This document shows, piece after piece, positions 1 to 9,266 of a stretch of DNA of 50,228 nucleotides (its first letter is position 1; every line of letters begins with the position of its first letter). The notes under the pieces are model-generated. The model saw only the letters and a list, made by a program, of their open reading frames with translations, had not been told where the DNA came from and ran no database searches. Location of the stretch: positions 1-50,228 of the forward strand of contig CAJOLB010000001.1 of NCBI GenBank assembly GCA_905235385.1, in the 5' to 3' direction. Source of the stretch: an uncultured Alphaproteobacteria bacterium. GTDB taxonomy: Bacteria; Pseudomonadota; Alphaproteobacteria; RF32; CAG-239. Both the position numbers and the translations under genes were made by a program.

Positions 1-1582
1 AAGCCATGGGCATCAATATATTCATAACACGCTGCTGTGCGCTGAGAATCATCGAATTTGCCAACTTTTCTTCATCAAAATGTGTTAGCGCATAGCTAAA
101 TTCTTCATCACCTGCAAAACGAGCTTTATGCGCAATGCGCAACTCTTGTTCAATTTCAGGATACGTGGCGATTGTTTTTTCTAACGGTAAATGCTTCATA
201 CAGGTTTTACATAAATAAATTCTAGCACTTGTATTCGGACCTGATTCTGCTATAGCAACCACTTGTCCTGAAAGCTCCGGTTGTGCTTTAACGATTTCCC
301 TTAAGGCGTCATAAGCACGCCAAAGCGCTTCGTCATCATTTTTCTCTGATTGCAAACCGATTTGACAAGTTTTTAAAACCTGATCTGCTAATTCCGGCTG
401 AGCTTTAACGATTTCGCCGAGAGCCTCATAGGCTGAATATAGAGAATCCCCATCATTTTCTTCTGATTGTAAAGTTGTTTGAAAAGTTTGAAAAACCTGA
501 TCTGCCAATTCCGGCCGAGCTTGAACGATTTTACCGAGACCATTATAGGGAGAATGCGAATAATTATCTGATTGCAAAGTTGTTTGAAAAGTTTGAAAAA
601 CCTGATCTGCCAATTCCGGCTGAGCTTTAACGATTTCGCCGAGAGTATTATAGGCTGAATATAGAGAACGCGAATAATTATCTGATGGCAAAGTTGTTTG
701 AAAAGTTTGAAAAACCTGATCTGCCAATTCCGGCTGAGCTTTAACGATTTCGCCGAGAGCCGCATAGGCTGAATATAGAGAATCCCCATCATTTTCTTCT
801 GATTGTAAAGTTGTTTGATAAGTTTGAAAAACCTGATCTGCCAATTCCGGCTGAGCTTTAACGATATAGCTGAGAGCAAAATAAGCTGATTGTAGAGAAT
901 CTACATTATTTTTCTCTGATTGCAAAGTTGTTTGAAAAGTTTCAACGACCTGATCTGCCAATTCCGGCCGAGCTTGAACGATTTTACCGAGAGCTTTATA
1001 GGCTGAATCTAGAGCACGCGAATAATTATCTGATTGCAAACCGATTTGACAAGTTTTTAAAACCTTATCTGCCAAGTTTGGCTGAGCTTGAACGATTTCA
1101 CCGAGAGCATCATAGGCTAATTTTAGAGAATACCCATAATTTTCTTCTGATTGTAAAGCGGTTTGAAGGGTTTGAAAAACCTTATCTGCCAAATCCGGTC
1201 GAGCTTTAACGATTTCACCGAGAGCATCATAGGCGTATGTTAGAAAATACCAAGTATTTTTCTCTGATTGTAAAGCGGTTTGACAAGTTTGAAAAACCTG
1301 ATCTGCCAATTCCGACTGAGCTTGAACGATACTTTTGAGAGTACCATAGGCTGATCGTAGAGAATCCCGATTATTTTTCTCTGATTGTAAACCGATTTGA
1401 TAAGTTTTGAAAACCTCGTCTGCCAAATCCGGCCGAGCTTGAACGATTTCACCGAGAGCATTATAGGCGTATATTAGAACATAGCTATCACTTTTCTTTG
1501 ATTCAATTCTTTTTTTAATTTTTCTGATTGAATTTCTTTTTTTAAGCCCATCTAATTGTTGTAACGCTTTGTTTTTATCCAT
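1..1582 (-). CDS. HEAT/ARM-like tandem helical repeat protein (11 repeats of ~39 aa); 3' end runs off the window; absent from the ORF track
   Basis: Hand translation from ATG at 1582 (MDKNKALQQL...) is stop-free for 527 codons to position 2. GGAGA RBS at 1591-1595. Repeat consensus SLxSAYxALGEIVKAQPELADQVFQTFQTxLQSE(E/K)N. Confidence 0.9.
   Translation of the reverse strand, partial: MDKNKALQQLDGLKKRNSIRKIKKRIESKKSDSYVLIYAYNALGEIVQARPDLADEVFKTYQIGLQSEKNNRDSLRSAYGTLKSIVQAQSELADQVFQTCQTALQSEKNTWYFLTYAYDALGEIVKARPDLADKVFQTLQTALQSEENYGYSLKLAYDALGEIVQAQPNLADKVLKTCQIGLQSDNYSRALDSAYKALGKIVQARPELADQVVETFQTTLQSEKNNVDSLQSAYFALSYIVKAQPELADQVFQTYQTTLQSEENDGDSLYSAYAALGEIVKAQPELADQVFQTFQTTLPSDNYSRSLYSAYNTLGEIVKAQPELADQVFQTFQTTLQSDNYSHSPYNGLGKIVQARPELADQVFQTFQTTLQSEENDGDSLYSAYEALGEIVKAQPELADQVLKTCQIGLQSEKNDDEALWRAYDALREIVKAQPELSGQVVAIAESGPNTSARIYLCKTCMKHLPLEKTIATYPEIEQELRIAHKARFAGDEEFSYALTHFDEEKLANSMILSAQQRVMNILMPMA
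270..1490. repeat. Coding tandem repeat, 11 units, period mostly 117 bp
   Basis: The anchor AACGAT recurs at 290, 407, 524, 629, 743, 860, 977, 1091, 1208, 1325 and 1442. Spacings are 117, 114 or 105, all multiples of 3. Confidence 0.95.
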
Positions 1583-1611
1583 TATCAAAATCTCCGTAAA
1601 AACTATAGTTT

Positions 1612-1640
1612 ATTATAGCAAAAACAAGTACTGAAGTCAA
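1612..1640 (-). promoter_or_regulatory. sigma70-type promoter of the repeat-protein gene
   Basis: Minus strand TTGACT-N17-TATAAT with an extended TG. Confidence 0.7.
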
Positions 1641-1740
1641 TCGTTTTCCTTACGTTTATAGATTATAGTTTGTGGATAGAAAAAATGTATTTCTTGAGAA
1701 TTTTAAGGGCTTTGATAAGTTATGCTTTAAGGAAATCAAA

Positions 1741-2757
1741 ATGTCGCCTGTTTGGAAACAAAGAAAAAATGCTTTTTTGAAAAATGCACGCGCCAAATAC
1801 GCGCTGATTGTTTTTAGCTTTATCTTTGTTTTGTCGCTCTTTTCTGAACTGATTGCAAATGACAAGCCTTTGATTTTAAAGTATAATCATCATTATTATT
1901 TTCCCGTCGTTCAAACTTTGACCGACAAGTTTTTAGGCGGCGATTTTGAAACACCGGCAGATTATAAAGACCCATTGATTAAATCAAATATCAACAAAAA
2001 CGGCTTTATGCTTATGCCGCTCATTCCTTTTTCATACAACACCGTTGATTATGATTTAACGACACCAACACCGTCCGCACCATCAAAAACACACTGGCTC
2101 GGCACAGATGATGAAGGAAGAGATATTGTGGCGCGTATTCTTTACGGCATTCGATTATCCGTTGTGTTCGCATTTGTTTTAACGCTTTTTTCTTCGGCTC
2201 TTGGTATTTTAATCGGCGCGGTGCAAGGCTATTTTGGCGGAAAAATTGATATTGTTTTTCAACGTTTTATTGAAATTTGGGATAGTCTGCCGCAGCTTTT
2301 TATCTTAATCATCATTGCAAGCCTTTTTATCCCGACATTTTGGACTCTTTTGATTATCTTAATGCTGTTTTCGTGGACATCGCTAACCTCTATGGTCAGG
2401 GCTGAGTTTTTGCGCACACGCAATTTTGAATATGTCAAAGCCGCTAAAGCCTTAGGTGTGAACAACTTTCGCATTATCTTAAAACATATTTTGCCCAATG
2501 CTTTGGTAACCTCTCTGACTTTTATTCCGTTTATTTTATCTGAATCGATTGTTGCGCTGACGTCGCTCGACTTTTTGGGGCTTGGGTTGTCCGAAGAATA
2601 TCCATCACTTGGCGATTTGGTGCGCCAAGGAAAAGACAATCTCCAAGCGCCATGGATCGGTGTAACAATTTTTATTGTTCTTGCCGGATTGTTGACTATG
2701 TTGATTTTTATCGGCGAAGGTGTGCGAGATTCGTTTGATACGAGGAAAAGCAAATGA
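1741..2757 (+). CDS. yejE: Oligopeptide/microcin C ABC transporter permease
   Basis: ELIANDKPL, HWLGTDDEGRD and EAA-loop-like RAEFLRTRNFEYVKAAKALG. Start placed at ATG 1741 after AAGGA. Confidence 0.85.
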   Translation: MSPVWKQRKNAFLKNARAKYALIVFSFIFVLSLFSELIANDKPLILKYNHHYYFPVVQTLTDKFLGGDFETPADYKDPLIKSNINKNGFMLMPLIPFSYNTVDYDLTTPTPSAPSKTHWLGTDDEGRDIVARILYGIRLSVVFAFVLTLFSSALGILIGAVQGYFGGKIDIVFQRFIEIWDSLPQLFILIIIASLFIPTFWTLLIILMLFSWTSLTSMVRAEFLRTRNFEYVKAAKALGVNNFRIILKHILPNALVTSLTFIPFILSESIVALTSLDFLGLGLSEEYPSLGDLVRQGKDNLQAPWIGVTIFIVLAGLLTMLIFIGEGVRDSFDTRKSK

Positions 2758-4307
2758 CGGCACTTTTAGAGGTTAAAAACTTAAAAATTTCGTTCAAAGG
2801 AACGCCTGCCGTCAAAGGCATCAGCTTTGAGCTCAATAAAAACGAGGTTTTGGGCATTGTCGGCGAAAGCGGTTCGGGCAAATCTGTGACGGCACTTTCT
2901 GTTTTAGGGCTTATCAATAATGCCCAGTACGGTAAAGAAAGCTCAATTAAGTTGGAAGGTCTTGAACTCATCGGTGCATCGAATCAAACGTTAAGACAGG
3001 TAAGGGGCTCAAAGGTCGGTTTTATCTTTCAAGAGCCGATGAGCTCATTAAATCCGCTCCACAAAATCGGCGCACAGGTTGCCGAAACAATTTTATTGCA
3101 TCAAAAAGTCACAAAAAACGAGGCAAAAACGCAAGCGCTTGAGCTCTTAAAAAAAGTCGGGCTCAAAAAGTATGAAGAGCGATATAAGGCTTATCCGCAT
3201 GAACTTTCAGGCGGCGAACGCCAAAGAGTGATGATTGCCATGGCGATATCTAATAAACCGGATATTTTAATTGCCGATGAGCCGACCACGGCGCTTGATG
3301 TGACTATCCAAAAACAGATTATTGACCTGATTTTAGAGTTAAAAAAAGAACTCGGTATGTCGGTTATTTTTATTTCACATGACTTAAAACTTGTTTCACA
3401 TATAGCCGACAAAATTGTTGTGATGTATCGGGGCAAAATTGTGGAGCAGGGCAAAACAAAAGATGTGTTTGAAAACCCGAAAAATAGTTATACTAAAAAA
3501 TTAATTTCATCAATTAATTTATTGAAAGAAAATAAAAAACAGAAAAATCATGTTTTGCTTTCGCTAAACGCTTTAACGGTTCAATATCCGCTTAAAAAGA
3601 ACATATTCGGCAAAGTGAGTGCTTATCTTAATGCCCTAAATAATGTTTCGCTTGATATTTTTGAGGGTGAAACGTTGGGCATTGTCGGCGAAAGCGGGTC
3701 AGGTAAAACGACGCTCGGACAATGCGTTGTTAATTTGATTAAATATCAAGGACTTATAAGGTTCAACCAAAATTTAAGCTCAAAAGATTTCAGAAAAACC
3801 GTGCAGATTATTTTCCAAGATCCGTATAACAGCTTAAACCCCAGAATGAACATTTTAGAGATTGTGGGCGAGGGGCTTAAAGTTCATCAAAAAGATATAA
3901 ATAACAAAGAGATAGAGGAAAAAGTCGCTTTAATAATTGAAAAAGTCGGCTTAACAAAAGAGAGCTTATATAAATATCCGCATGAGTTTTCAGGCGGCGA
4001 GCGCCAAAGAATTGCGATTGCAAGGGCTATGATTTTAGAACCGAAAATTGTTGTTTTAGATGAGCCGACCTCAGCGCTTGATGTAACCATTCAGCAGCAA
4101 ATTATCAAACTCTTAAAAGATTTGCAGCAAAAAATGAATATGACTTATATCTTTATTTCGCACGATATGCGCGCCGTTAAAGCCATCTCTGACCGAATTG
4201 CCGTCATGAAAGACGGAAGGATTGTGGAAACGGGAAAAACGGACGATATTTTAAGTCATCCGCAAAAAGATTATACAAAAGCTTTAATCAATGCTTCGAT
4301 TTTTTAA
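2754..4307 (+). CDS. yejF: Oligopeptide ABC transporter ATP-binding protein, duplicated NBD
   Basis: Two GESGSGK Walker A motifs, two YPHE(L/F)SGGERQR signatures and DEPT motifs. ATGA overlap with the permease. Confidence 0.88.
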   Translation: MTALLEVKNLKISFKGTPAVKGISFELNKNEVLGIVGESGSGKSVTALSVLGLINNAQYGKESSIKLEGLELIGASNQTLRQVRGSKVGFIFQEPMSSLNPLHKIGAQVAETILLHQKVTKNEAKTQALELLKKVGLKKYEERYKAYPHELSGGERQRVMIAMAISNKPDILIADEPTTALDVTIQKQIIDLILELKKELGMSVIFISHDLKLVSHIADKIVVMYRGKIVEQGKTKDVFENPKNSYTKKLISSINLLKENKKQKNHVLLSLNALTVQYPLKKNIFGKVSAYLNALNNVSLDIFEGETLGIVGESGSGKTTLGQCVVNLIKYQGLIRFNQNLSSKDFRKTVQIIFQDPYNSLNPRMNILEIVGEGLKVHQKDINNKEIEEKVALIIEKVGLTKESLYKYPHEFSGGERQRIAIARAMILEPKIVVLDEPTSALDVTIQQQIIKLLKDLQQKMNMTYIFISHDMRAVKAISDRIAVMKDGRIVETGKTDDILSHPQKDYTKALINASIF

Positions 4308-4434
4308 CAGCTTCGCGTTTTGAAAGATAATCTTCAACAATCCATTTGATATATTTTTTCATCACTTCATGAAGCGTTAAAAGTGTTAAGATGATAATTG
4401 AAAACCAAAGAAGTATTACAAAAAAGAGAGCCAT
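4288..4434 (-). CDS. Putative 48-aa single-pass membrane protein
   Basis: MALFFVILLWFSIIILTLLTL hydrophobic N-terminus and basic tail. AAGGA upstream of ATG 4434. Confidence 0.45.
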   Translation of the reverse strand: MALFFVILLWFSIIILTLLTLHEVMKKYIKWIVEDYLSKREAVKKSKH

Positions 4435-4663
4435 TTCAAAAATCCTTTTTATAAAATTGATATATTTATAAAATAGGACATAATTTTTTATAAATTGTAA
4501 AGATTTTTGATTTAATATCAAATTATCTAATATATTGATATTTTTAAAAAAATGATTTTTAAAACTATACATAATAAAGATTATGCGACAAATATTCTAG
4601 ATATGAAAAGAATGTCCCCGTTTTAATGACTAACTGAATTATCTTTTCAATAAGGCAATTGAT

Positions 4664-5266
4664 TTAATTCATCACGGCCTTGTCGCCGATGTCTTTAATC
4701 TTTGGCCTTGCAAAGTTTTCTATCAGGAAGGAAATTGCTTTTTGAACCATTTTATCCGTTTCTTTTAAGGTTTTAAGCAAAACATCATCGGCCTCACCTT
4801 TTTGTGCGCGCGAAGCAATAATTTCATAAACATCGGCAAGCTCTGAAAGCTGATCAACAATTTGAGCAATATAGGCGGGTATTTTTAAATTTTCCTGTCC
4901 GCCCCAAAAACCTTCCAAAAAGCCAAGTTCAATTTCATCGTAACGGTTGGCGGCTATATCAAAAGCCGAATGACTTTCGTTTTTCGGCAATTCAAGTTTG
5001 TTAAAACCGATATCTTGAAAAATCTTATCCCAAAGCCCCATAAAAAACTTAAAAAACAATTCCGCCTCTTTCTTAGTCTCAAGCCGCGGTTCTTCTCCTT
5101 CCCGCCAAAACGATGAAATGACATCTGTCGGGCGTAAATCATAGTTCGGAGAGCATATCGCGCCGGCAAATTTCATCTTTACGATATTCAAGGGTGTCGG
5201 GCACGCGTAATGGGTAAGAAATTTTTTGAAATTATCATCTCCAATATATTCATTTTGGCTTTGCAT
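4664..5266 (-). CDS. Hypothetical protein, possibly UPF0149 (YecA/YgfB)-like helical protein
   Basis: 200-aa ORF with a normal composition. The GFLEGF motif is only weakly reminiscent of UPF0149. Confidence 0.7.
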   Translation of the reverse strand: MQSQNEYIGDDNFKKFLTHYACPTPLNIVKMKFAGAICSPNYDLRPTDVISSFWREGEEPRLETKKEAELFFKFFMGLWDKIFQDIGFNKLELPKNESHSAFDIAANRYDEIELGFLEGFWGGQENLKIPAYIAQIVDQLSELADVYEIIASRAQKGEADDVLLKTLKETDKMVQKAISFLIENFARPKIKDIGDKAVMN

Positions 5267-5328
5267 TTTAAATCTTCTTCGTATATGATGCAGTTAATTT
5301 ATGATTTAATATAAGGAAATAAATAAAA

Positions 5329-5646
5329 ATGTCCAGTATAAAAATAGCATCCGTCAGCGTTTTTATTCTTTTGCTGACCGCCTGTTCTATTTGGGAGCCT
5401 TTCGTTGACCGACGGCGCAATGCCGGTGTAACGGATATAAGAAATCTCTATGTCGGAAAATCAACCCCGAACAATCCGGCTATTTGTTCAAACCCGATAT
5501 GGACATCTCAACAAACCGTTCAGGCAATGGCAGACGCGGAATGTGAAAAACATCACCCCGGAACACATGCCGTTCAGACCGACATAAAGTATTTCTCCTG
5601 CAAACTTTTGTTACCAACACGTACATTTTTTAAATGTGAAAAATAG
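5329..5646 (+). CDS. Small Cys-containing lipoprotein
   Basis: Signal peptide with lipobox LTAC, four further Cys residues, AAGGA RBS. Confidence 0.8.
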   Translation: MSSIKIASVSVFILLLTACSIWEPFVDRRRNAGVTDIRNLYVGKSTPNNPAICSNPIWTSQQTVQAMADAECEKHHPGTHAVQTDIKYFSCKLLLPTRTFFKCEK

Positions 5647-5655
5647 GAAAAAAAT

Positions 5656-7392
5656 ATGTTATCTCTCGAAAAACAATTAAATGAAAAAATAAAAAATATT
5701 TTTAAAACTTCGGGTTTCGATGAAAAATTTGCTTTTGTTAAACCGTCAGACAGACCTGATTTAAGCGATTTTCAATGCAACGGCGCATTAGCTTTAGCCA
5801 AAAGCTTAAAACAAAATCCGCGTGAAATCGGTCAAAAAATTGCTGATGAACTGGCAGATGATAATGACATTGAAACCGTTTCGGTTGATGGTCCGGGGTT
5901 TATCAACATCAAACTCAAAAACGAGTTTGTTGCACAAAATATGAATGAGATGGCTGTCGATTCGCGCCTTGGTTGTGCTAAAACAAAAAATCCGAAAACC
6001 GTCGTGATGGATTTTGGTGGTCCGAATGTGGCTAAAGCTCTTCATGTCGGGCATTTGCGCTCGGCTGTGATCGGTGAAAGCATCAGAAGAATTATTGATT
6101 TTTTGGGCAATAAGGTGATTTCAGATGTTCATTTCGGCGATTGGGGAACACCGATGGGAATGATTTTATCGCAAATCATCTTTGAAGACGGTGATTTATC
6201 AAAGGTTGAAACTTATGATATTGAAGCCATTTCCGCATTTTACAAAAAAGCAAATGTGCGCTGTAAAGAAGATGAAAAAGCAGCCGAAACAGCACGTCTA
6301 ATTACAGCAGAATTACAAAACGGCAACAAAGAATATGTTAAAGCGTGGAAGCATTTAAGGGCTGTCTCTGTTAATGCCGTTAAAGAAAATTATGATGAAC
6401 TTGATGCGCATTTTGACTTATGGCTCGGTGAAAGCGATGCGCATGAAATGTGTGAAAAAATTGTTCAAATAGCAAAAGACAAAAACATCTCTGAAGTTGA
6501 TGAAGGGGCAACGATTATCAGATTGCCTGAAACAAACAAGCCGATGCCTCCGGTTATTTTGGTCAAATCTGACGGCGGATTTGGTTATCAGCTGACCGAT
6601 ATTGCAACCATTAAAATGCGTGTTGATGACCTGAAAGCCGATGAAATTATTTATGTCGTTGACAAGCGTCAGTCGCTCCATTTTGAACAGGTCTTTCAAG
6701 TTGCCAAAATGCTTTCAATTGCCCCTGATGTAAACTTGAAACATGTCGGTTTCGGCACGGTCAACGGTGCGGACGGAAAGCCTTTCAAAACGCGTGACGG
6801 CGGCGTGATGAACCTTAAAGATTTGATTGAGATGAGTAAAAATAAAGTCCGTTCATCTATGCCAAAGCCTGACGAAGTTGAGGGCTATGGTAAAGCCGAG
6901 ATTGAAAAACTTGTTTCAGAAGTTGCCATGGCTGCCATCAAGTTTCAGGATTTGAAAAATACGGCAGCTTCCGGTTATATTTTCGATTTAGAAGATTTTG
7001 CAAAGTTCGATGGCAAAACGGGCCCTTATATTCAATATGCGATTGCGCGTATCAATTCAATTTTAAGAAAAGCCGATGAAAGCGGTGCAATCCAAGGAAA
7101 AATCATCATATTTGAAAATGATGAGCGCACACTCGCACTAAAATTAGCCGGTTTCGAAAATGCTGTTTTGCGTGCAGGAATAGATAAAGAACCAAGTATT
7201 ATCGCTGATTACGCTTATTCTTTAGCGCAAATATTCAGCTCATTTTATAATACCTGCCCGATTATGAGTGCTGAAAACGAACAAGTAAAGGCTTCGCGTT
7301 TGAAACTTGCGGCACTTGTGCGTGATGTATTGAAGCAAGCACTTTATCTTTTGGGCATAAAAGCTCCCGAAAAAATGTTAAAAGCAAACTAG
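5656..7392 (+). CDS. argS: Arginine--tRNA ligase
   Basis: PNVAKALHVGHLRS (HIGH motif), GDWG, KPFKTRDG, GPYIQYAIARINSI. Confidence 0.97.
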   Translation: MLSLEKQLNEKIKNIFKTSGFDEKFAFVKPSDRPDLSDFQCNGALALAKSLKQNPREIGQKIADELADDNDIETVSVDGPGFINIKLKNEFVAQNMNEMAVDSRLGCAKTKNPKTVVMDFGGPNVAKALHVGHLRSAVIGESIRRIIDFLGNKVISDVHFGDWGTPMGMILSQIIFEDGDLSKVETYDIEAISAFYKKANVRCKEDEKAAETARLITAELQNGNKEYVKAWKHLRAVSVNAVKENYDELDAHFDLWLGESDAHEMCEKIVQIAKDKNISEVDEGATIIRLPETNKPMPPVILVKSDGGFGYQLTDIATIKMRVDDLKADEIIYVVDKRQSLHFEQVFQVAKMLSIAPDVNLKHVGFGTVNGADGKPFKTRDGGVMNLKDLIEMSKNKVRSSMPKPDEVEGYGKAEIEKLVSEVAMAAIKFQDLKNTAASGYIFDLEDFAKFDGKTGPYIQYAIARINSILRKADESGAIQGKIIIFENDERTLALKLAGFENAVLRAGIDKEPSIIADYAYSLAQIFSSFYNTCPIMSAENEQVKASRLKLAALVRDVLKQALYLLGIKAPEKMLKAN

Positions 7393-7405
7393 AAAGGAAA
7401 AAAAG

Positions 7406-8752
7406 ATGCATCAGTTGGAAGAAATTTTATCTCATTACGGCGTTGAAGGAACGGTTGAGGGTGAAGGTAAAGGCCCGCTTATTAAACAAATCAGGTTTAA
7501 ACCGAAACCCGGTACAAAAATTAAAAATATTACCTCATCGGTGGAAGATATTGCGCGTGAAATGGGGGTTAAAACCTTGCGTATCAGTAATGTTTGTGAG
7601 GGTGGATGCATCGGCTTTGAAATTGCAAACGACACGTTTCAAACCGTGCCGCTTCAAGATGTTTTAGAATCTGAACAAGCTAAAACGGCCAAAGGTGCCC
7701 TCCCCATCAGCTTAGGTGTTAAAATTGACGGAACACCAGTTTTTGCAGACCTTGCAAAAATGCCTCATCTTTTGGTTGCCGGCGCAACCGGTTCCGGTAA
7801 ATCCGTCGGTTTGAATGCTTTTATCATTTCGCTGATTAAACGCAAAAAGCCAAATGAATTAAAATTTGTGATGATTGATCCGAAACGTATTGAATTTTCG
7901 GTTTATAATGATCAAAAATATATGCTGATGCCCGTTATCACAGACAATTCTGACGCTTCGGAGGCTTTGCAGTTTCTTGTTGATGAAATGAACAAACGTT
8001 ATGAAAAACTTGAAAAGAGCCTGACAAAGAACATCGAAGAATATAACGAAAAAGAAGGCGGTATGCCCTATATTGTCGCAATTGTTGATGAGTTTTCAGA
8101 CTTAGTTTTATCAGACAAAACAGTAGAAAAGAAAATCCAGATCTTAGCACAAAAAGCAAGGGCCGCAGGTATTCATCTTGTGCTTGCGACACAGCGCCCA
8201 TCTGTTGATGTCGTTACCGGCTCCATTAAAGCAAACTTCCCTTCCCGTATGGCGTTTAAAACAGCATCGGGGGTTGATTCAAAAACCATTTTAGACACGA
8301 CCGGCGCTGAAGATTTGGTCGGTCGCGGCGATGCTCTCTTTTTAGCCGGAAACGGCGAGCTGTCGCGCATTCATGGTGCGTATATTTCAACGGAAGGCAT
8401 TGAAGAAATTTTAAAACCGTATCGTGCAAAAGTCGCACCCGTTTTAACAAAGAAAGCGCTTGAAACGGAAGAGAAAAATGCTGTTGCAACAAACGGCAAA
8501 AAAGCCGAAAAGAAAAAAGAGTTTTTCTTGCTTTCTTGGATTAAAGGCGTTTGGGGTTGGCTTTCAAAAACAGAAAAGAAGAAATTCTTAAAAATGATTT
8601 GGCTCTTGCTCATCGGTGCTTTCGTCGGGTCAAAAACACAAAATAAAAGCGGACAGATTTTTGATTCGATCGCCGACAACTTAACAAAAACAAAACGCCG
8701 CACCTATACGACAACCACGCGAAGAAAAACAACTTCAAGAAGAAGATATTAA
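7406..8752 (+). CDS. FtsK/SpoIIIE-family ATPase lacking the N-terminal membrane domain and the gamma domain; C-terminal hydrophobic helix and basic tail
   Basis: DLAKMPHLLVAGATGSGKS, IDPK, IVDEFSDL, ARAAGIHLVLATQRPS, GAEDLVGRGD. Confidence 0.9.
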   Translation: MHQLEEILSHYGVEGTVEGEGKGPLIKQIRFKPKPGTKIKNITSSVEDIAREMGVKTLRISNVCEGGCIGFEIANDTFQTVPLQDVLESEQAKTAKGALPISLGVKIDGTPVFADLAKMPHLLVAGATGSGKSVGLNAFIISLIKRKKPNELKFVMIDPKRIEFSVYNDQKYMLMPVITDNSDASEALQFLVDEMNKRYEKLEKSLTKNIEEYNEKEGGMPYIVAIVDEFSDLVLSDKTVEKKIQILAQKARAAGIHLVLATQRPSVDVVTGSIKANFPSRMAFKTASGVDSKTILDTTGAEDLVGRGDALFLAGNGELSRIHGAYISTEGIEEILKPYRAKVAPVLTKKALETEEKNAVATNGKKAEKKKEFFLLSWIKGVWGWLSKTEKKKFLKMIWLLLIGAFVGSKTQNKSGQIFDSIADNLTKTKRRTYTTTTRRKTTSRRRY

Positions 8753-8753
8753 A

Positions 8754-8785
8754 TATAAAGCGCACTTTTAAAAGTGCGCTTTATA
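8754..8785. terminator. Bidirectional terminator, perfect 32-bp palindrome
   Basis: TATAAAGCGCACTTTT/AAAAGTGCGCTTTATA between convergent genes. Confidence 0.75.
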
Positions 8786-8788
8786 CAC

Positions 8789-9235
8789 CTACTTATACCG
8801 TATCCTAAAAGTATTTCCATTGGATCGAGAAAGAGCTTCTGCTTCTTGAACGGTATATATACATTTACCTTTCAATCCGATAAGATTACCGTTTGCATCA
8901 TAGATTGTAGTTGTTTTGTCATTTGCATTATAAACAACTGTTGAGCCATCGGCATTTTTCTTGATGTATGATTCTTGTGCAAAGGTAAAAGGAAACCAAT
9001 CTTCTCCCATCAAATCTTTGTATACCTGTGGAATCGTTATAGCAGCCTTGCAAGCCTCAATTTCCCCTTTACAGTTAATAAGGAAATTCTCCGTTTTGTT
9101 AAAAAGATTTTGTTTGGCCTGTTCAAGTTCTTCTTGATAATAAGCAAGACCATAATCGTACATATCTTTCATCCACTCGTACGAACCATCTGCTTTTGCC
9201 TGTTCAATCATTTCTTCTGTGCGTTGTATCCACAT
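8789..9235 (-). pseudogene. Probable 5'-truncated remnant of a surface/secreted protein gene
   Basis: No signal peptide. The frame stays open upstream only to a TGA within the 42-bp site copy. C-terminus TTIYDANGNLIGLKGKCIYTVQEAEALSRSNGNTFRIRYK. Confidence 0.55.
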
Positions 9236-9266
9236 GAGTGCACTAGAATATGCTCCGGTATCTAAT

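Noticed and set aside
388-1461. ORF-track ORFs 388-879, 928-1209 and 1240-1461
   Set aside because: These are shadow frames of the stop-free minus-strand ORF starting at 1582, which has an RBS and promoter.
270-1490. CRISPR array or DGR explanation for the repeats
   Set aside because: Units are ~117-bp coding repeats with frame-preserving indels and no unique spacers. No cas or reverse transcriptase gene is in the window, and variation is not confined to adenines.
4435-4660. Replication origin or invertible element in the AT-rich gap
   Set aside because: No DnaA-box cluster. The GGACAT/ATGTCC inverted match is too short to be significant.
8754-8785. Palindrome as a MITE or recombination site
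   Set aside because: Single copy between convergent stop codons; a terminator is the simpler explanation.
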